Assembly (NCBI GenBank): GCA_002269645.1
Contig: NIVC01000031.1
Location: 1,178,001 to 1,242,000 of the forward strand
DNA: 64,000 nt
Direction of reading: 5' to 3'
Source: Macrostomum lignano
Lineage: Eukaryota
In this document: one piece after another, positions 49,501 through 62,280 of the stretch
Position numbering within the stretch: position 1 is the stretch's first letter
Layout: every line of letters starts with the position of its first letter
The notes under the pieces: model-generated
What the model was told of the DNA's origin: nothing
Seen by the model: only the letters and a program-made list of their open reading frames with translations
Databases searched by the model: none
Made by a program: the position numbers and the translations under genes

Positions 49501-50959
49501 ACTCTGCCACTCTATCCTGTCACTTTACTCTGCCACTCTATCCTGTCACTCTACTCTGCCACTCTATCCTGTCACTCTACTCTGCCACTCTACTCTGCCA
49601 CTCTATCCTGTCACTCTACTCTGCCACTCTATCCTGTCACTCTACTCTGCCACTCTATCCTGTCACTCTATCCTGTCAGTACTCTGCCACTCTATCCTGT
49701 CACTCTACTCTGCCACTCTATCCTGTCACTCTACTCTGCCACTCTATCCTGTCACTCTACTCTGCCACTCTATCCTGACACTCTACTCTGTCACTCTATC
49801 CTGTCACTCTACTCTGCCACTCTATCCTGACACTCTACTCTGTCACTCTATCTTGTCACTCTACTCTGCCACTCTATCCTGTCACTCTTCTCTGCCACTC
49901 TTTCATGTCACTCTACTCTGCCACTCTATCCTGTCACTCTACTCTGCCACTCTTTCATGTCACTCTACTCTGCCACTCTATCCTGTCACTCTTCTCTGCC
50001 ACTCTTTCATGTCACTCTACTCTGCCACTCTATCCTGTCACTCTTCTCTGCCACTCTATCCTGTCACTCTTCTCTGCCACTCTTTCATGTCACTCTACTC
50101 TGCCACTCTATCTTGTCACTCTATCCCGTCACTCTATCGCACCACTCTACACTGTTACTCCACCTTGTCACTCCACCCCATAGATCTTATAATCCCTAGA
50201 TACTCAGTAAGCCACTCAGCGATCACAAGAATGCCCATAGATCCTTCGTCTTTCTTTAAAGATTTTTTTGACAACGGTATCAGGTCAGTCGTTATTTTCA
50301 GTATACGCTCGTAATGCTTCCAAATGATGCATATTTCATTCAAACCAACGAATGGAAAATTGTTTTTAAAACAGAACAGTAGCAAATTTAAAGCACAAGC
50401 GAACCAGCCTAGGCTGTAAAATCACCCCCTATGCTCAGGCCTACCCGGCCACTCAGGACCGGACGGCACGGGCACTAATTCTTATTACTACTTCATGTAC
50501 CGCCGCTACATCCGCGGCGGCACCGGAGGCCAACCCGGGTACTCCGATCAAGTGTGGAACCGTGTCGGCGGCTGCGGCGCCGGCTGGTTTGGCAGCGCCG
50601 CGTCGCGTCGGTATTCGATTAGCGGCAACGGCGGAAATGGCAAATCTGACGGCTTCAACGGCGGCTCCGGCGGCATAATCGGCGGCTCCGGCGGCATCGT
50701 AGACTCCGGCAGCGGCGGCTTCGGAGGAGGCGGCGGCAGTAGCGGCTCGAGGTACCACCCGACTAACAGCTCGTGGTATATCTACGGCGAGGCTGGCGGC
50801 GGCGGCGGCTACAGCGGCGGAGCCAGCGGCTACTCTTCTAAAGCTGGCGGCGGCGGCGGCTCCTACTGCGACGGCAACGGCTGCGCCACCGTCACAGGTG
50901 GTAACGTTGATAATGATAACGGACTGGTTACCATGCAACTGTTGGGCTCGCTCGAGTGA
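46599..50959 (+). CDS. Secreted protein: signal peptide + PAN/apple-like domain + ALK/LTK-type glycine-rich domain (paralog 1), 419 aa
   Basis: Exons 46599-46659, 47750-48106, 48529-48849, 50439-50959 (all introns phase 1, 1260 nt). Signal MYSNSLPVSLLIFAAIVGLHA; PAN-like C-x3-C-x4-C-x11-C (DCMMRCQMRGC...SCHL); GCYRIKVFGAKGG...FFLDSGTRIGAVVGQAG...GGGGGGSFVY...LLLAAGGGGG. No transmembrane segment. Confidence 0.8.
46735..47710 (+). repeat. 21-23-bp minisatellite in PAN/Gly paralog 1 intron 1
   Basis: Units CCTTATCTAACAGATGGCTCTT and CTTTATCTAACAGATAGGTCC alternate. Confidence 0.92.
48860..50150 (+). repeat. 26-bp (2x13-bp) minisatellite in PAN/Gly paralog 1 intron 3
   Basis: Unit CACTCTACTCTGCCACTCTATCCTGT. 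Confidence 0.95.
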
Positions 50960-51233
50960 TTACACCTGCCCCAATCGGGCTAGATGTGCAGCTATTGCGC
51001 GGCGCATCTGAAGGCTGCGTACGGCTGTTCAGTCCAAGGACTGGGGGGTCGCTACACACAGTCTCGAATTACCCCCAGCTAATGCTGGCACCCATTTTAC
51101 AGCTGGGTGAACTGAAGCAATGCAGAGTTAAGTGTCTTTGCTCAAGGACACAAATTGTTCCGAGTGGGTCGGGAATCGAACCCCCGACCTTCAAGTCGGG
51201 AGTCCGACGCTCTGACCATTAGGCTGCAATCCC
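50960..51233 (-). mobile_element. CORE-type SINE (family 1), antisense, abutting the stop codon of PAN/Gly paralog 1
   Basis: Reverse complement of 36052-36305; its 3' end starts at the base after TGA 50957-50959. Confidence 0.82.
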
Positions 51234-51307
51234 AGATAATTGAACAACCCAGTGACGCAGTCCTTTTTGGTGAAATCGTCTCACAACCAGCTCTGGCTGA
51301 GACAACT

Positions 51308-51410
51308 CTGCCCATTGCGCTGACTCCTGAGCATGCATGTACTCACTCTCACCTTCTAATCGTTAGGCATGTAAACTCTGCGTGTCTTTGAGGGGGTGTT
51401 GGCCCCCATG
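51308..51410 (-). mobile_element. Fragment of SINE family 2
   Basis: CTGCCCATT..GACTCCTGAGCA and TCGTTAGGCATGTA match 39520-39640. Confidence 0.55.
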
Positions 51411-52559
51411 GTTTCATGAATCGCACTACAATCGCCCCTGTTTTCGGCCAATGTTCGTTCGCACGGTCGCTCATGTAATAGAACCAGGGATTTTGGAGCG
51501 AGAGTCAGGCGCGTTTACCCGTTCGAGCTCCTCTGCCCTAATATTAAACACAAAAAACCAGTCGTTTAATTTGTAGCAATGTACTCGTACTTTTGAAAGT
51601 GAGGAAATATTGTCTTTTTTTAATTTTAAAAAAATATTTTTAACAATTAAAACAAACAATTCGATCGATGGAAATATTTTCAAAAGCGAAATTAATGTTG
51701 GTCATTTATCAAAGAAAGTTTAATTTTGTTTTTTATGAATAAAATAAAACTTTAATTAATGTGACGTCTGCACTTATTTATGGTCTAAATACATTGTCTG
51801 AACAATAACTACTGTGTAATGAGTATACTTTTTATTTCTCTTTGTTTAAAAAGCTCCATTTATTTATAATAGTCGTATTACAATTTCAGCGTAAAAAATA
51901 TTCCTAATTTTTTTATTAGTTTTCTATTTCTATTTGTTATTATTCAGCACTTTCCGGTTAATTATTTTGTTTTCTATGAAACAATCGATATTTAATTGGT
52001 CTTTTAAACTTGCTTGAACCTTTTCTGTCGGATGTACCTTCTTGATAATGTTCTGCGACAGTCCTTATTATTTTAAATTTACTAAATCAGTGTAAGACAT
52101 TATTGTCAATTTTTAGTTATGCTTTAATAAACAATACACAAACTTGCCTTATCCGAGTAAAAATATGTTTTTAATTTTTCACATATAGGTTTTTTTAAAA
52201 CATGAAATAAATTCACGAAGATTGGTTGAACGTTTATTTGTTATTTAAAAAGCAGTAAAATTAAAAAAGAGAATTTTTTAATAACTATTGTTTTCGCATA
52301 AATTTTAGCTAATATTAGCGCTGTGTAAAAATTTAGAGAATTTTTTTTAAAACCTGAGTGTCAACAGCTTTGGCACCCAGCGAACAACGACGCATGTCAT
52401 TCCCAGCTGCTCCAGCTGCTTGGGGTAGCTATAATCGAGTCCCCGAACGGTCCGTTTATGTTTCTAGCTGTTGTCTCATTTCAGCCATGATTTCTATGGA
52501 TTCCAAACATAATAAATGTATTTATAAGGTCGGGTAGCCGGCAACTCCCGCGGTTGGGG

Positions 52560-54206
52560 CTTCTAAAATCCCCAACCCTCCAACCTGGAGACAATTCTCT
52601 CCGCGAACCGGACCGGAAAACTACCCCTAGTGGGGAAACTTCTACTCTCGCAGGTGGAGACATTGGTGGCAATCCCACACACTTCGATATCGCGGACAAC
52701 TCAGCCTCCAGAACTTCCCATAAGCGGCAAGCGCTCCAAGGGTAGAGAGACGGCCAGCTCCTACTCCAAAGTGGCAGCTGAGCCTCTTCATCAGATGTGG
52801 CCACGCGGCCAGCAAACACTGAATTACACTCAGACGGAAGGCGCCGTCGCTCACATCGACGACTTCATCTGCGACAACGAACAGCTTGACATTGAGGTCA
52901 AGTCGCGTAATGTTTGCCAATGGCAACATCATCCTCGCCTTCAAGAGAGAGGACCAGCTCAATACCGCTCTTGGCGAACCTCCCCAGCACCGACTGGAGC
53001 ACCGCCAAGATGCAGAGCCTGAAGCTGGTCACCGAAAAGCCCCCTCCACCCGCCGCACTCCGATTATCGATGATGAAGCGTGAACGTCTGAGGGCAGTAG
53101 AACCAATGATGATATCACCACACTCGGGCAAAACTACATATTATCTTGACGTCCATATCGACGGTTGCAGTTTCCAGCAGTCTCACCAACACTCTAGATG
53201 GCACCAGTGTGGACATTCACCTCATCCGAGCCAACCTTGCTGCCGAAAAAACTACCAGATCCTCTTCCACTGTAATCCTTCCGTCCCATTAGCCTAACCT
53301 CCTTCTGCGTTAAGCTGATGAAGAGGCTCATCCTGAGGAGGCTGTGCGACTGCGACCTGCGGGCGGCACCCATAAGTAAGCACCAGTTCGCTTTTCAGCC
53401 AGGTAAATAACGGATCATTTAATAACTTCGGCCATTGAGAAAGCAATCCTCAATAAAGAGATCGCTTGTTGACTTTTCTTTGACATCAAGAGGCCTTTGA
53501 TAATTTACAATTTGGCTCTTTCAGAGACCCATTTTTACAGAAAAAGATCAGACCCAGCATTGTGCGATGGATCGAATTAATGATCCGGGAACAGAATGGT
53601 GACCTCCACCGTCATGGATGCAATCTGCACTAACAGAATGATAAAAGGCCGAGGCCAAGACGAGGTACTCAACCCACTTCTCTGGAACCACGTGATGAGC
53701 GAACTCCTGACGGCTGCCGTCCCCAGCAGCATCTTCAAAGCCGCTTTCGCCAATGACGTCAGCACGATGCTACGGAATCTGATGCAGCAGCAGTTCGCTG
53801 ACAAGGTGCAAAACTGGGCCACCCGGAATGGCCGAACTACATGTATCAGCACCGTCAGGACGGTGGCCATTATCTTCACCATAGGAAGATAACGCTCACG
53901 CATGATCTGCGTTGGACTGTGCATGCTGGCAATGTCGTCGGGAGCGCTAAGCGATGTTTTGCACGAGTAAAGCAGAGATACCGGGCCTACCTGGGGTTCT
54001 CTTCCATGACGGCCAGATGGCTCTCCACGGGCATCATCCGACCCAGCATCAACTATACGCGTGCTTCATCTGGTACAGTGCGCTGGAGCTGAAGACGGTA
54101 CCATCACCCTGGCGTACCCCTCTACCCCTGAACACCGTCCTCAACATGCCTCCGCTGCACCCGAGCTGGGGCAATGAAAGGTGCCACGCTCCTATCGCAT
54201 AATAAA
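52560..54206 (+). mobile_element. Decayed non-LTR retrotransposon with RT remnants (LOA/R1-like)
   Basis: Frame-broken RT-like motifs in order: LTSFCVKLMKRL...KHQFAFQPGK, AIEKAILNKE, KGRGQDEVLNPLLWNHVMSELL (cf. PQGGVLSPLLW), AFANDV (cf. YADD), RWLSTGIIRPSINY. Many stops and frameshifts; AATAAA at 54201. Clade and 5' boundary are uncertain. Confidence 0.65.
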
Positions 54207-54234
54207 TTTATTATTAACTCCCCCTGACCTTGAT

Positions 54235-56437
54235 GAACAAGATCAGGTGACACGCTGCTCAAGGTCAGTCATGCTACAGACTAAACAAGATCAGGTGACA
54301 CGCTGCTCAAGGTCAGTCATGCTACAGACTAAACAAGATCAGGTGACACGCTACTTAAGGTCAGTCATGCTACACACTAAACAAGATCAGGTGACACGCT
54401 GCTCAAGGTCAGTCATGCTGCAGACTAAACAAGAGCAGACTAAACAAGATCAGGTGACACGCTGCTCAAGGTCAGTCATGCTGCAGACTAAACAAGAGCA
54501 GACTAAACAAGATCAGGTGACACGCTGCTCAAGGTCAGTCATGCTGCAGACTAAACAAGATCAGGTGACACGCTGCTCAAGGTCCGTCGTGCTACACACT
54601 AAACAAGATCAGGTGACACGCTGCTTAAGGTCCGTCATGCTACACACTAAACAAGATCAGGTGACACGCTGCTTAAGGTCAGTCATGCTACACACTAAAC
54701 AAGATCAGGTGACACGCTGCTCAAGGTCAGTCATGCTACAGACTAAACAAGATCACGTGACACGCTGCTCAAGGTCAGTCATGCTACACACTAAACAAGA
54801 TCAGGTGACACGCTGCTCAAGGTCAGTCATGCTACATACTAAACAAGATCAGGTGACACGCTGCTCAAGGTCAGTCATGCTACATACTAAACAAGATCAC
54901 GTGACACGCTGCTCAAGGTCAGTCATGCTACAGACTAAACAAGATCACGTGACACGCTGCTCAAGGTCAGTCATGCTACACACTAAACAAGATCAGGTGA
55001 CACGCTGCTCAAGGTCAGTCATGCTACATACTAAACAAGATCAGGTGACACGCTGCTCAAGTTCAGTCATGCTACATACTAAACAAGATCAGGTGACACG
55101 CTGCTCAAGTTCAGTCATGCTACATACTAAACAAGATCAGGTGACACGCTGCTCAAGTTCAGTCATGCTACATACTAAACAAGATCAGGTGACACGCTGC
55201 TCAAGTTCAGTAATGCTACATACTAAACAAGATCAGGTGACACGCTGCTCAAGTTCAGTCATGCTACATACTAAACAAGATCAGGTGACACGCTGCTCAA
55301 GTTCAGTAATGCTACATACTAAACAAGATCAGGTGACACGCTGCTCAAGTTCAGTCATGCTACATACTAAACAAGATCACGTGACACGCTGCTCAAGGTC
55401 AGTCATGCTACAGACTAAACAAGATCACGTGACACGCTGCTCAAGGTCAGTCATGCTACACACTAAACAAGATCAGGTGACACGCTGCTCAAGGTCAGTC
55501 ATGCTACATACTAAACAAGATCAGGTGACACGCTGCTCAAGTTCAGTCATGCTACATACTAAACAAGATCAGGTGACACGCTGCTCAAGTTCAGTCATGC
55601 TACATACTAAACAAGATCAGGTGACACGCTGCTCAAGTTCAGTCATGCTACATACTAAACAAGATCAGGTGACACGCTGCTCAAGTTCAGTAATGCTACA
55701 TACTAAACAAGATCAGGTGACACGCTGCTCAAGGTCAGTCATGCTACATACTAAACAAGATCAGGTGACACGCTGCTCAAGGTCAGTCATGCTACATACT
55801 AAACAAGATCAGGTGACACGCTGCTCAAGTTCAGTCATGCTACATACTAAACAAGATCAGGTGACACGCTGCTCAAGTTCAGTCATGCTACATACTAAAC
55901 AAGATCAGGTGACACGCTGCTCAAGTTCAGTAATGCTACATACTAAACAAGATCAGGTGACACGCTGCTCAAGGTCAGTCATGCTACATACTAAACAAGA
56001 TCAGGTGACACGCTGCTCAAGGTCAGTCATGCTACATACTAAACAAGATCAGGTGACACGCTGCTCAAGTTCAGTCATGCTACATACTAAACAAGATCAG
56101 GTGACACGCTGCTCAAGTTCAGTCATGCTACATACTAAACAAGATCAGGTGACACGCTGCTCAAGTTCAGTCATGCTACATACTAAACAAGATCAGGTGA
56201 CACGCTGCTCAAGTTCAGTAATGCTACATACTAAACAAGATCAGGTGACACGCTGCTCAAGGTCAGTCATGCTACATACTAAACAAGATCAGGTGACACG
56301 CTGCTCAAGTTCAGTAATGCTACATACTAAACAAGATCAGGTGACACGCTGCTCAAGTTCAGTAATGCTACATACTAAACAAGATCAGGTGACACGCTGC
56401 TCAAGTTCAGTCATGCTACATACTAAACAAGATCAGG
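54235..56437 (+). repeat. 48-bp minisatellite x~46
   Basis: Unit AAACAAGATCAGGTGACACGCTGCTCAAG(G/T)TCAGTCATGCTACA(T/C/G)ACT. The GATCACGTG variant pair is duplicated 480 bp apart (54897 and 55377). Explains the 785-aa ORF. Confidence 0.97.
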
Positions 56438-57088
56438 TGTGGCTGTCTCAAACGAAAGCTAATGATATTAGTTTAAAACTCGCCCACTACAAGCTCGTAT
56501 TAGCAAGGAACAAACGTTTTTGTCGTAGCAGGCCCTAGATTGCTAGTTTTCTGCTAAAATTAATCCTGTAGACCAAAGTCAAATGAGGCATCCGACTGAA
56601 TCACTTCCGAATTATTTGCCCAATTTCACTAGCGCTTTTTTTTTTCGCTCAGTTGTGTGGGTAAGCATTGAAGTCAAATTATCCAACCCCAGTTCGCTTT
56701 AATTTGACAAATTTCCAAGTCAATAAATTGCATTTTAGCCAAGCTCTGGTGCAAATATATCGTGGCTAATTTATCAAATTAACTACCTTACCAACTGGGA
56801 TATTGTCTAGAAAATAGAAAAAGTAAGGTTGAAACGGACAGAAACCAACTTGACAGTTTAATGCAAACCCAGCATGAGCAAAACAAAATACGGTCCCGGG
56901 TTTTGATTGCTCTTTTGCAAGAACACTTTATATTTTCGCTTCATAAAAACTGTAGCTAAATCTAAAGTTTTACACCAACATGTTTATCAAGATATTACTA
57001 AAGCTTATCATTAAACAAGTTTTGTAATTTTCAAAATTTTCAAAAGTTCTTCAAATCGAATCGCGTCTGATCACGACAATCTTCGCAT

Positions 57089-59385
57089 TCATTCGCAGGT
57101 TCCGGCAGCCAACAGTCGCAGCGTCACCCGTCCGTGTTCGCCAGCTGAGTTGCCTCCGGTGACGCCGGCGCAGTCGCTGCCGCTGCAGAACGAGCCGCCG
57201 CCGCCTCCGGCTTGATTGGGGCCCACACCGGCTCCGCCTCCACTGAAGCCGCCGCCAGCTCCGGCAGCGCCCGGGGAGGTAGCGTTGCCGCCTCCACCGA
57301 AGCCGCCGTCGCCGGTGCCGCTCTCTCCGGCGCTGCCGCCGGCCCAGCCGTCGGCCAGACCGCCGCCTCTCTCGCCGTCGCAGGAGCATCGCCTTGGATT
57401 GACGGCCCTGCCAAGCCAGCCGGCGCCGCAGCCGCCGTGGCACAGCAGTTCTTTAGTTTTGTTTGGTTCGTTGAAACCAGGCCGACCATTGATTCCTCCC
57501 AGTCCACTTTTGAGGATGTAATTACCATTCGAATCCGCACCATTTTGGTCCCTTTTGCCGGAAACACCTGTAAAAATGTTTTATAAAAGTGGTCTGCATG
57601 AGCAAGTAAAAATAGAGGCACGCTTTCGCTTTTGCCGACATGAATTCTGAATCAATTTTATTTTGTTATTAATTAAAGACCCACCGTTTTTGCAACAGGA
57701 GCAGCCGCCGCCGCCACCAGCCGCTATCAGCAGGTGCTGATCCGCAGTCCGGTACACAAAGCTGCCTCCGCCGCCGCCAGCTCCCGATGTGTTCAAGTTA
57801 GCAGAGCCGCCCGCCTGCCCGACCACGATAGAGAGCTGAGTGCCGGCTGTCAGGTTGAAGCTGCCAGCTGTGACGGCGCCGAAACCTCCACGACCCCCAG
57901 TGAACGGGTTGTCGCTGCCTTTGGCTCCGGCAACCACGATGCGGTAGCAGCCGGTGACGTTGATCAGGGCGAGCTGGATGGAGCCATTCTTGCCTGAGCT
58001 GCTGTCTGCGGAGTTCAGGTTCGATATTTGCTCGCTCATAGGATAAAAGCTGCCTTCAATTAAAACTATGAAAACTCGAAGATAAGCAACGATAAGGATT
58101 TGAATAGTCATAGAAAACTTGAAACTTCACAAAGTATCTTCAGCAAATTTTGAACAGCTTTTCAGAAGAAGGTTTCAAAAGTGCTCACTCAAAAATGTTC
58201 GCTTCGAGTTCCTCGCAATTGTAGCAGCAAAGTCCTCAGCGACCCAGACTCTGTCTCCAGTCTCCGCTCCGAGATGCCGACTTACGTGAGCTCCTGGAGG
58301 TGCCGCAGACTTCAGAGAGTCGAAGACGATGACAATTCGACAGATTTGCATCACCTTGTTGAGCACTGCCAGAACGCAGCGCTTTGCTTGGCACAGAGCC
58401 ACGCACTCAATGCTGCTTTGGACTTCAGTCACGTTCGCGACGTCACTTTTGATGCTTGAGTTGAGCAGCATGACTTCTGTTGAGGCGATGACGCGACCGA
58501 CCTTCTGCTGAGATTCTTTGCCGGCTGTGACTGTGAAGCAGCAGTTCATGTGTGCTCTGATTTGAACACTACTGTGTTTTGATGCTGGTTCGATTAATAA
58601 ATTTGTCACATTTCATAATAAAATGCAACAGCCAGCTACAAAATACTTCAAGTATGTATAGTTCATAGTAAGTGGGGTCGGTTCGGGTGCCCTGCAGTCC
58701 AAGTGCTATAAAGTAGTACAAGCAGGCGTTATAACGCTCTGGCAAAGAAGGAACTGCACTTCCTACTAGCCTAACACGCTTCCCGGTAAGAATGACTTGA
58801 AGCAAGCTGCTTACCAGAAGCTACGATAACACTGCTGAGGTAGTAACGCGCTCGAGGAACTCAATCGGTGCTGCTTCTTTCAGACTAATATTCGCTGATA
58901 TCCGTCTTAATTTCTGACGTTAAATATTCGTCTCTCCGACCCATTCTGGTGGGGGGTTCTCATACAGGTCTAATAAAATAATTATCAGAAGTTAATGGTT
59001 GCTAGGGCTGGTGTAGTGATTGGGGGGGGGGGGGGAACCCGCAACCACGCTGAACAATCTGTACTTTTACATTACATCGATGGATAACGACATCATAAAT
59101 CGGCTGAACGTCGGTGCAAAAGTGGGTATTTGTCATCTCTGTACGGGATTGTTAACGTAATCGTGAAACTTGAAGAGATTTGCAAAACATGGACGATTGT
59201 ATCTGTATCACTTTAAAAGCTTGTCTTGTTCATGTAAAGCATATAAGCTTTAAAAGTCTTTCTTTCAAAGTCAATTTCTAACAAAGTTAATGAGAAATTT
59301 AGACAGCTCACCCGAACTTACCGCCGCGAGCAACAAGTGAAGCTAAGCTGACCAAAATCAGCAGAGAAAACTTCGTGACCAACAT
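57089..59385 (-). CDS. Secreted protein: signal peptide + PAN/apple-like domain + ALK/LTK-type glycine-rich domain (paralog 2), ~401 aa
   Basis: Exons (-) 59385-59322, 58530 (or 58524)-58189, 58005-57685, 57567-57089; all introns phase 1, 1206 nt. Signal MLVTKFSLLILVSLASLVARG; PAN-like ECVALCQAKRC...ICRI; GCYRIVVAGAKG...FNLTAGTQLSIVVGQAG...GGGGGSFVY...LLIAAGGGGG. Exon 3 is 321 nt in both paralogs. Confidence 0.8.
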
Positions 59386-59871
59386 CAGACTAAGAAGGGT
59401 TGGGGCTCAGGTCCTGCAGGTGTGTCTGCCTGGTTCCGTCTGGGACCAAGAATTAAGCTTCCTCACGCCTGATTCGGTTGTCAATTTAAAAGCTCCATTT
59501 GTTGATTGACATCAAACAGGGGGTGGGGTGCTACGGATATCACAACGGATGCTCCAGTAAGTCAACACAAGAAATTCTCAAGTAGACTTAAGATGTTCTT
59601 GAGTCAACATTCATCAAGTTGTAGCTTCTTTACCACATCTAGCTGCATTGCCCGTCAGTTATGAGCTCCATCTTTCACAGCATCTTTGCGAGCAAATAGA
59701 TGAGTAAAATGGTAGTTAATGGAGACCCAGGCAGGGAGGGAGAAGATGGAAAGCAGAAATTGGTGAAAAAGCAAAACATTTTCTGTCCTGTTGCCTCCCC
59801 ACGAAACAAATGACACCAAAATCATTCGACCGAATATATTCCTCCAACTAAGGAGATGTTCTGATCCTGAC

Positions 59872-60185
59872 TCACTGACTGACTGACTGACTGACTGACT
59901 GCCTGACTGACTGACTGACTGACTGACTGACTGACTGACTGACTGATTTGAGTGAGGGGCTGACTGACTGACTGACTGACTGACTGACTGACTGACTGAC
60001 TGACTGACGGACTGACTGATTTGAGTGAGTGGCTGACTGACTGACTGACTGACTGACTGGCTGACTGACTGACTGACTGACTGACTGATTTGAGTGAGTG
60101 GCTGACTGACTGACTGACTGACTGACTGGCTGACTGACTGACTGACTGACTGATTTGAGTGACTGACTGACTGCCTGACTGACTG
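59872..60185. repeat. (GACT)n microsatellite with periodic ATTTGAGTGAG interruptions
   Basis: Direct inspection. Confidence 0.95.
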
Positions 60186-60789
60186 CTTGTTGGAAATTAC
60201 TTATTCGTTTTAAAACTCCACTGTACTATAAGTAGCAATATCAGCAGGCACAGACTATTCTTCGAACAGTTGCAACAGAAACTTGGAAATCAAAATTTGT
60301 ATACTTAGTAAGACAGAGCTATGTAGCATAGGTGCATATGAGATCAGCTCGTACCTGGGAGGTGCGCCTGCAGTCTCTTCTGTAATAGACCCCCCCTGCC
60401 ACTCTTGCACACTGGACCCATTAAACTCTCTCCAAATAAAGTGTCTTATTTCTTACCTCAAGGCCGGTCCTATTGTCAAGTGTCTCTGACAATCTCAACC
60501 ATCTCTAGCTCTTAGCCTCATGAATTTCAGTTTCTATTTTTACTGTCTTGAACTTTTTGCCGAGCCGAGTTTCAGTACAAAAAATATTTTGTGCTTATTC
60601 GTAACAAATATGGCGCGAGAAACCTAAAGCCTGGGCTTCTCACACTGAGCTTCAGCCACTTCATTTTAAAGAAAAATATTACTTTAAAATGAAACAGTTT
60701 GAGGCTGCGTTTTAGCTGATATAACGTGCTTGCGTGCTTGCCACTCGCAATTTCTGCAAACTACGGCATTCACATATACAGAATTCCAT

Positions 60790-62280
60790 TTCTCCCTGTC
60801 TCCCTCTCTCCCTCAGTCTCCCTCCCCCCCTCTGTCTCCCTCTCTCCCTCTGTCTCCATCTCCCCCTCTGTCTCCCTCTCTCCTCAGTTTCCCTCCCCCC
60901 TTTGTCTCCCTCTCCCCCTCTGTCTCCCTCTCCCCCTCTGTCTCCCTCTCTCCTCAGTTTCCCTCCCCCCTTTGTCTCCCTCTCCCCCTCTGTCTCCCTC
61001 TCCCCCTCTGTCTCCCTCTCCCCCTCTGTCTCCCTCTCCCCTCTGTCTCCCTCTCCCCCTCTGTCTCCCTCTCCCCTCTGTCTCCCTCTCTTCTCAGTTT
61101 CCCTCTCCCCCTCTGTCTCCCTCTCCCCTCTGTCTCCCTCTCCCCCTCTGTCTCCCTCTCCCCCTCTGTCTCCCTCTCCCCCTCTGTCTCCCTCTCCCCC
61201 TCTGTCTCCCTCTCCCCCTCTGTCTCCCTCTCTCCTCAGTTTCCCTCTCCCCCTTTGTCTCCCTCTCCCCCTCTGTCTCCCTCTCTCCCTCAGTCTCCCT
61301 CTCTCCCTCAGTCTCCCTCTCCCCCTCTGTCTCCCTCTCTTCTCAGTTTCCCTCTCCCCCTCTGTCTCCCTCTCCCCCTCTGTCTCCCTCTCCCCCTCTG
61401 TCTCCATCTCCCCCTCTGTCTCCCTCTCTCCTCAGTTTCCCTCCCCCCCTCTGTCTCCCTCTCCCCCTCTGTCTCCCTCTCCCCCTCTGTCTCCCTCTCT
61501 CCCCAGTTTCCCTCTCCCCTTTGTCTCCCTCTCCCCCTCTGTCTCCCTCTCCCCCTCTGTCTCCCTCTCCCCCTCTGTCTCCCTCCCCCCTCTGTCTCCC
61601 TCTCTTCTCAGTTTCCCTCTCCCCCTCTGTCTCCCTCTCCCCCTCTGTCTCCCTCTCCCCTCTGTCTCCCTCTCCCCTCTGTCTCCCTCTCTTCTCAGTT
61701 TCCCTCTCCCCCTTTGTCTCCCTCTCCCCCTCTGTCTGCCTCTCTCCCTCAGTCTCCCTCTCCTCCTCTGTCTCCCTCTCCCCCTCTGTCTCGCTCTCTC
61801 CCTCAGTCTCCCTCTCCTCCTCTGTCTCCCTCTCCCCCTCTGTCTCGCTCTCTCCCTCAGTCTCCCTCTCTCCTCAGTTTCCCTCTCCCCCTCTGTCTCC
61901 CTCTCTCCTCAGTTTCCCTCTCCCCCTCTGTCTCCCCCTCTGTCTCCCCCTCTGTCTCCCTCTCTCCCTCAGTCTCCCTCTTCCCCTCAGTCTCCCGCTT
62001 TCCCTCAGTCTCCCTCTCTCCCTCAGTCTCCCTCTCCATTGTATCCCTTTCCACTTGTCTTTCTCTCCCCCTGTCTCTCTCTCTCCCCTGTTTCTCTCTC
62101 CCCTGTCTCTCTCTCCCCTGTTTCTCTCTCGCCTGTCTCTCTCTCCCCTTGTCTCTCTCTCCCCTGTTTCTCTCTCGCCTGTCTCTCTCTCCCCTGTCTC
62201 TCTCTCCCCTTGTCTCCCTCTCCCCTTGTCTCCCTCTCTCCCTTCGTCTCTCTCCCTTCGTCTCTCCCCCTGTCTCTCTG
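60790..62280. repeat. CT-rich ~18-bp minisatellite / polypyrimidine tract, ~1.5 kb
   Basis: Units like CTGTCTCCCTCTCCCCCT; explains several P/S/L-rich ORFs. Confidence 0.95.

Noticed and set aside
54181-56538. 785-aa ORF with TKQDQVTRCSSSVMLH repeats
   Set aside because: Read-through of a 48-bp minisatellite (multiple of 3, stop-free by chance); no signal peptide, splice context or unique domain.
56530-56548. CTAGATTGCTAGT identical to the putative Helitron end at 17016-17028
   Set aside because: No preceding GC hairpin; a 13-bp match alone is insufficient.
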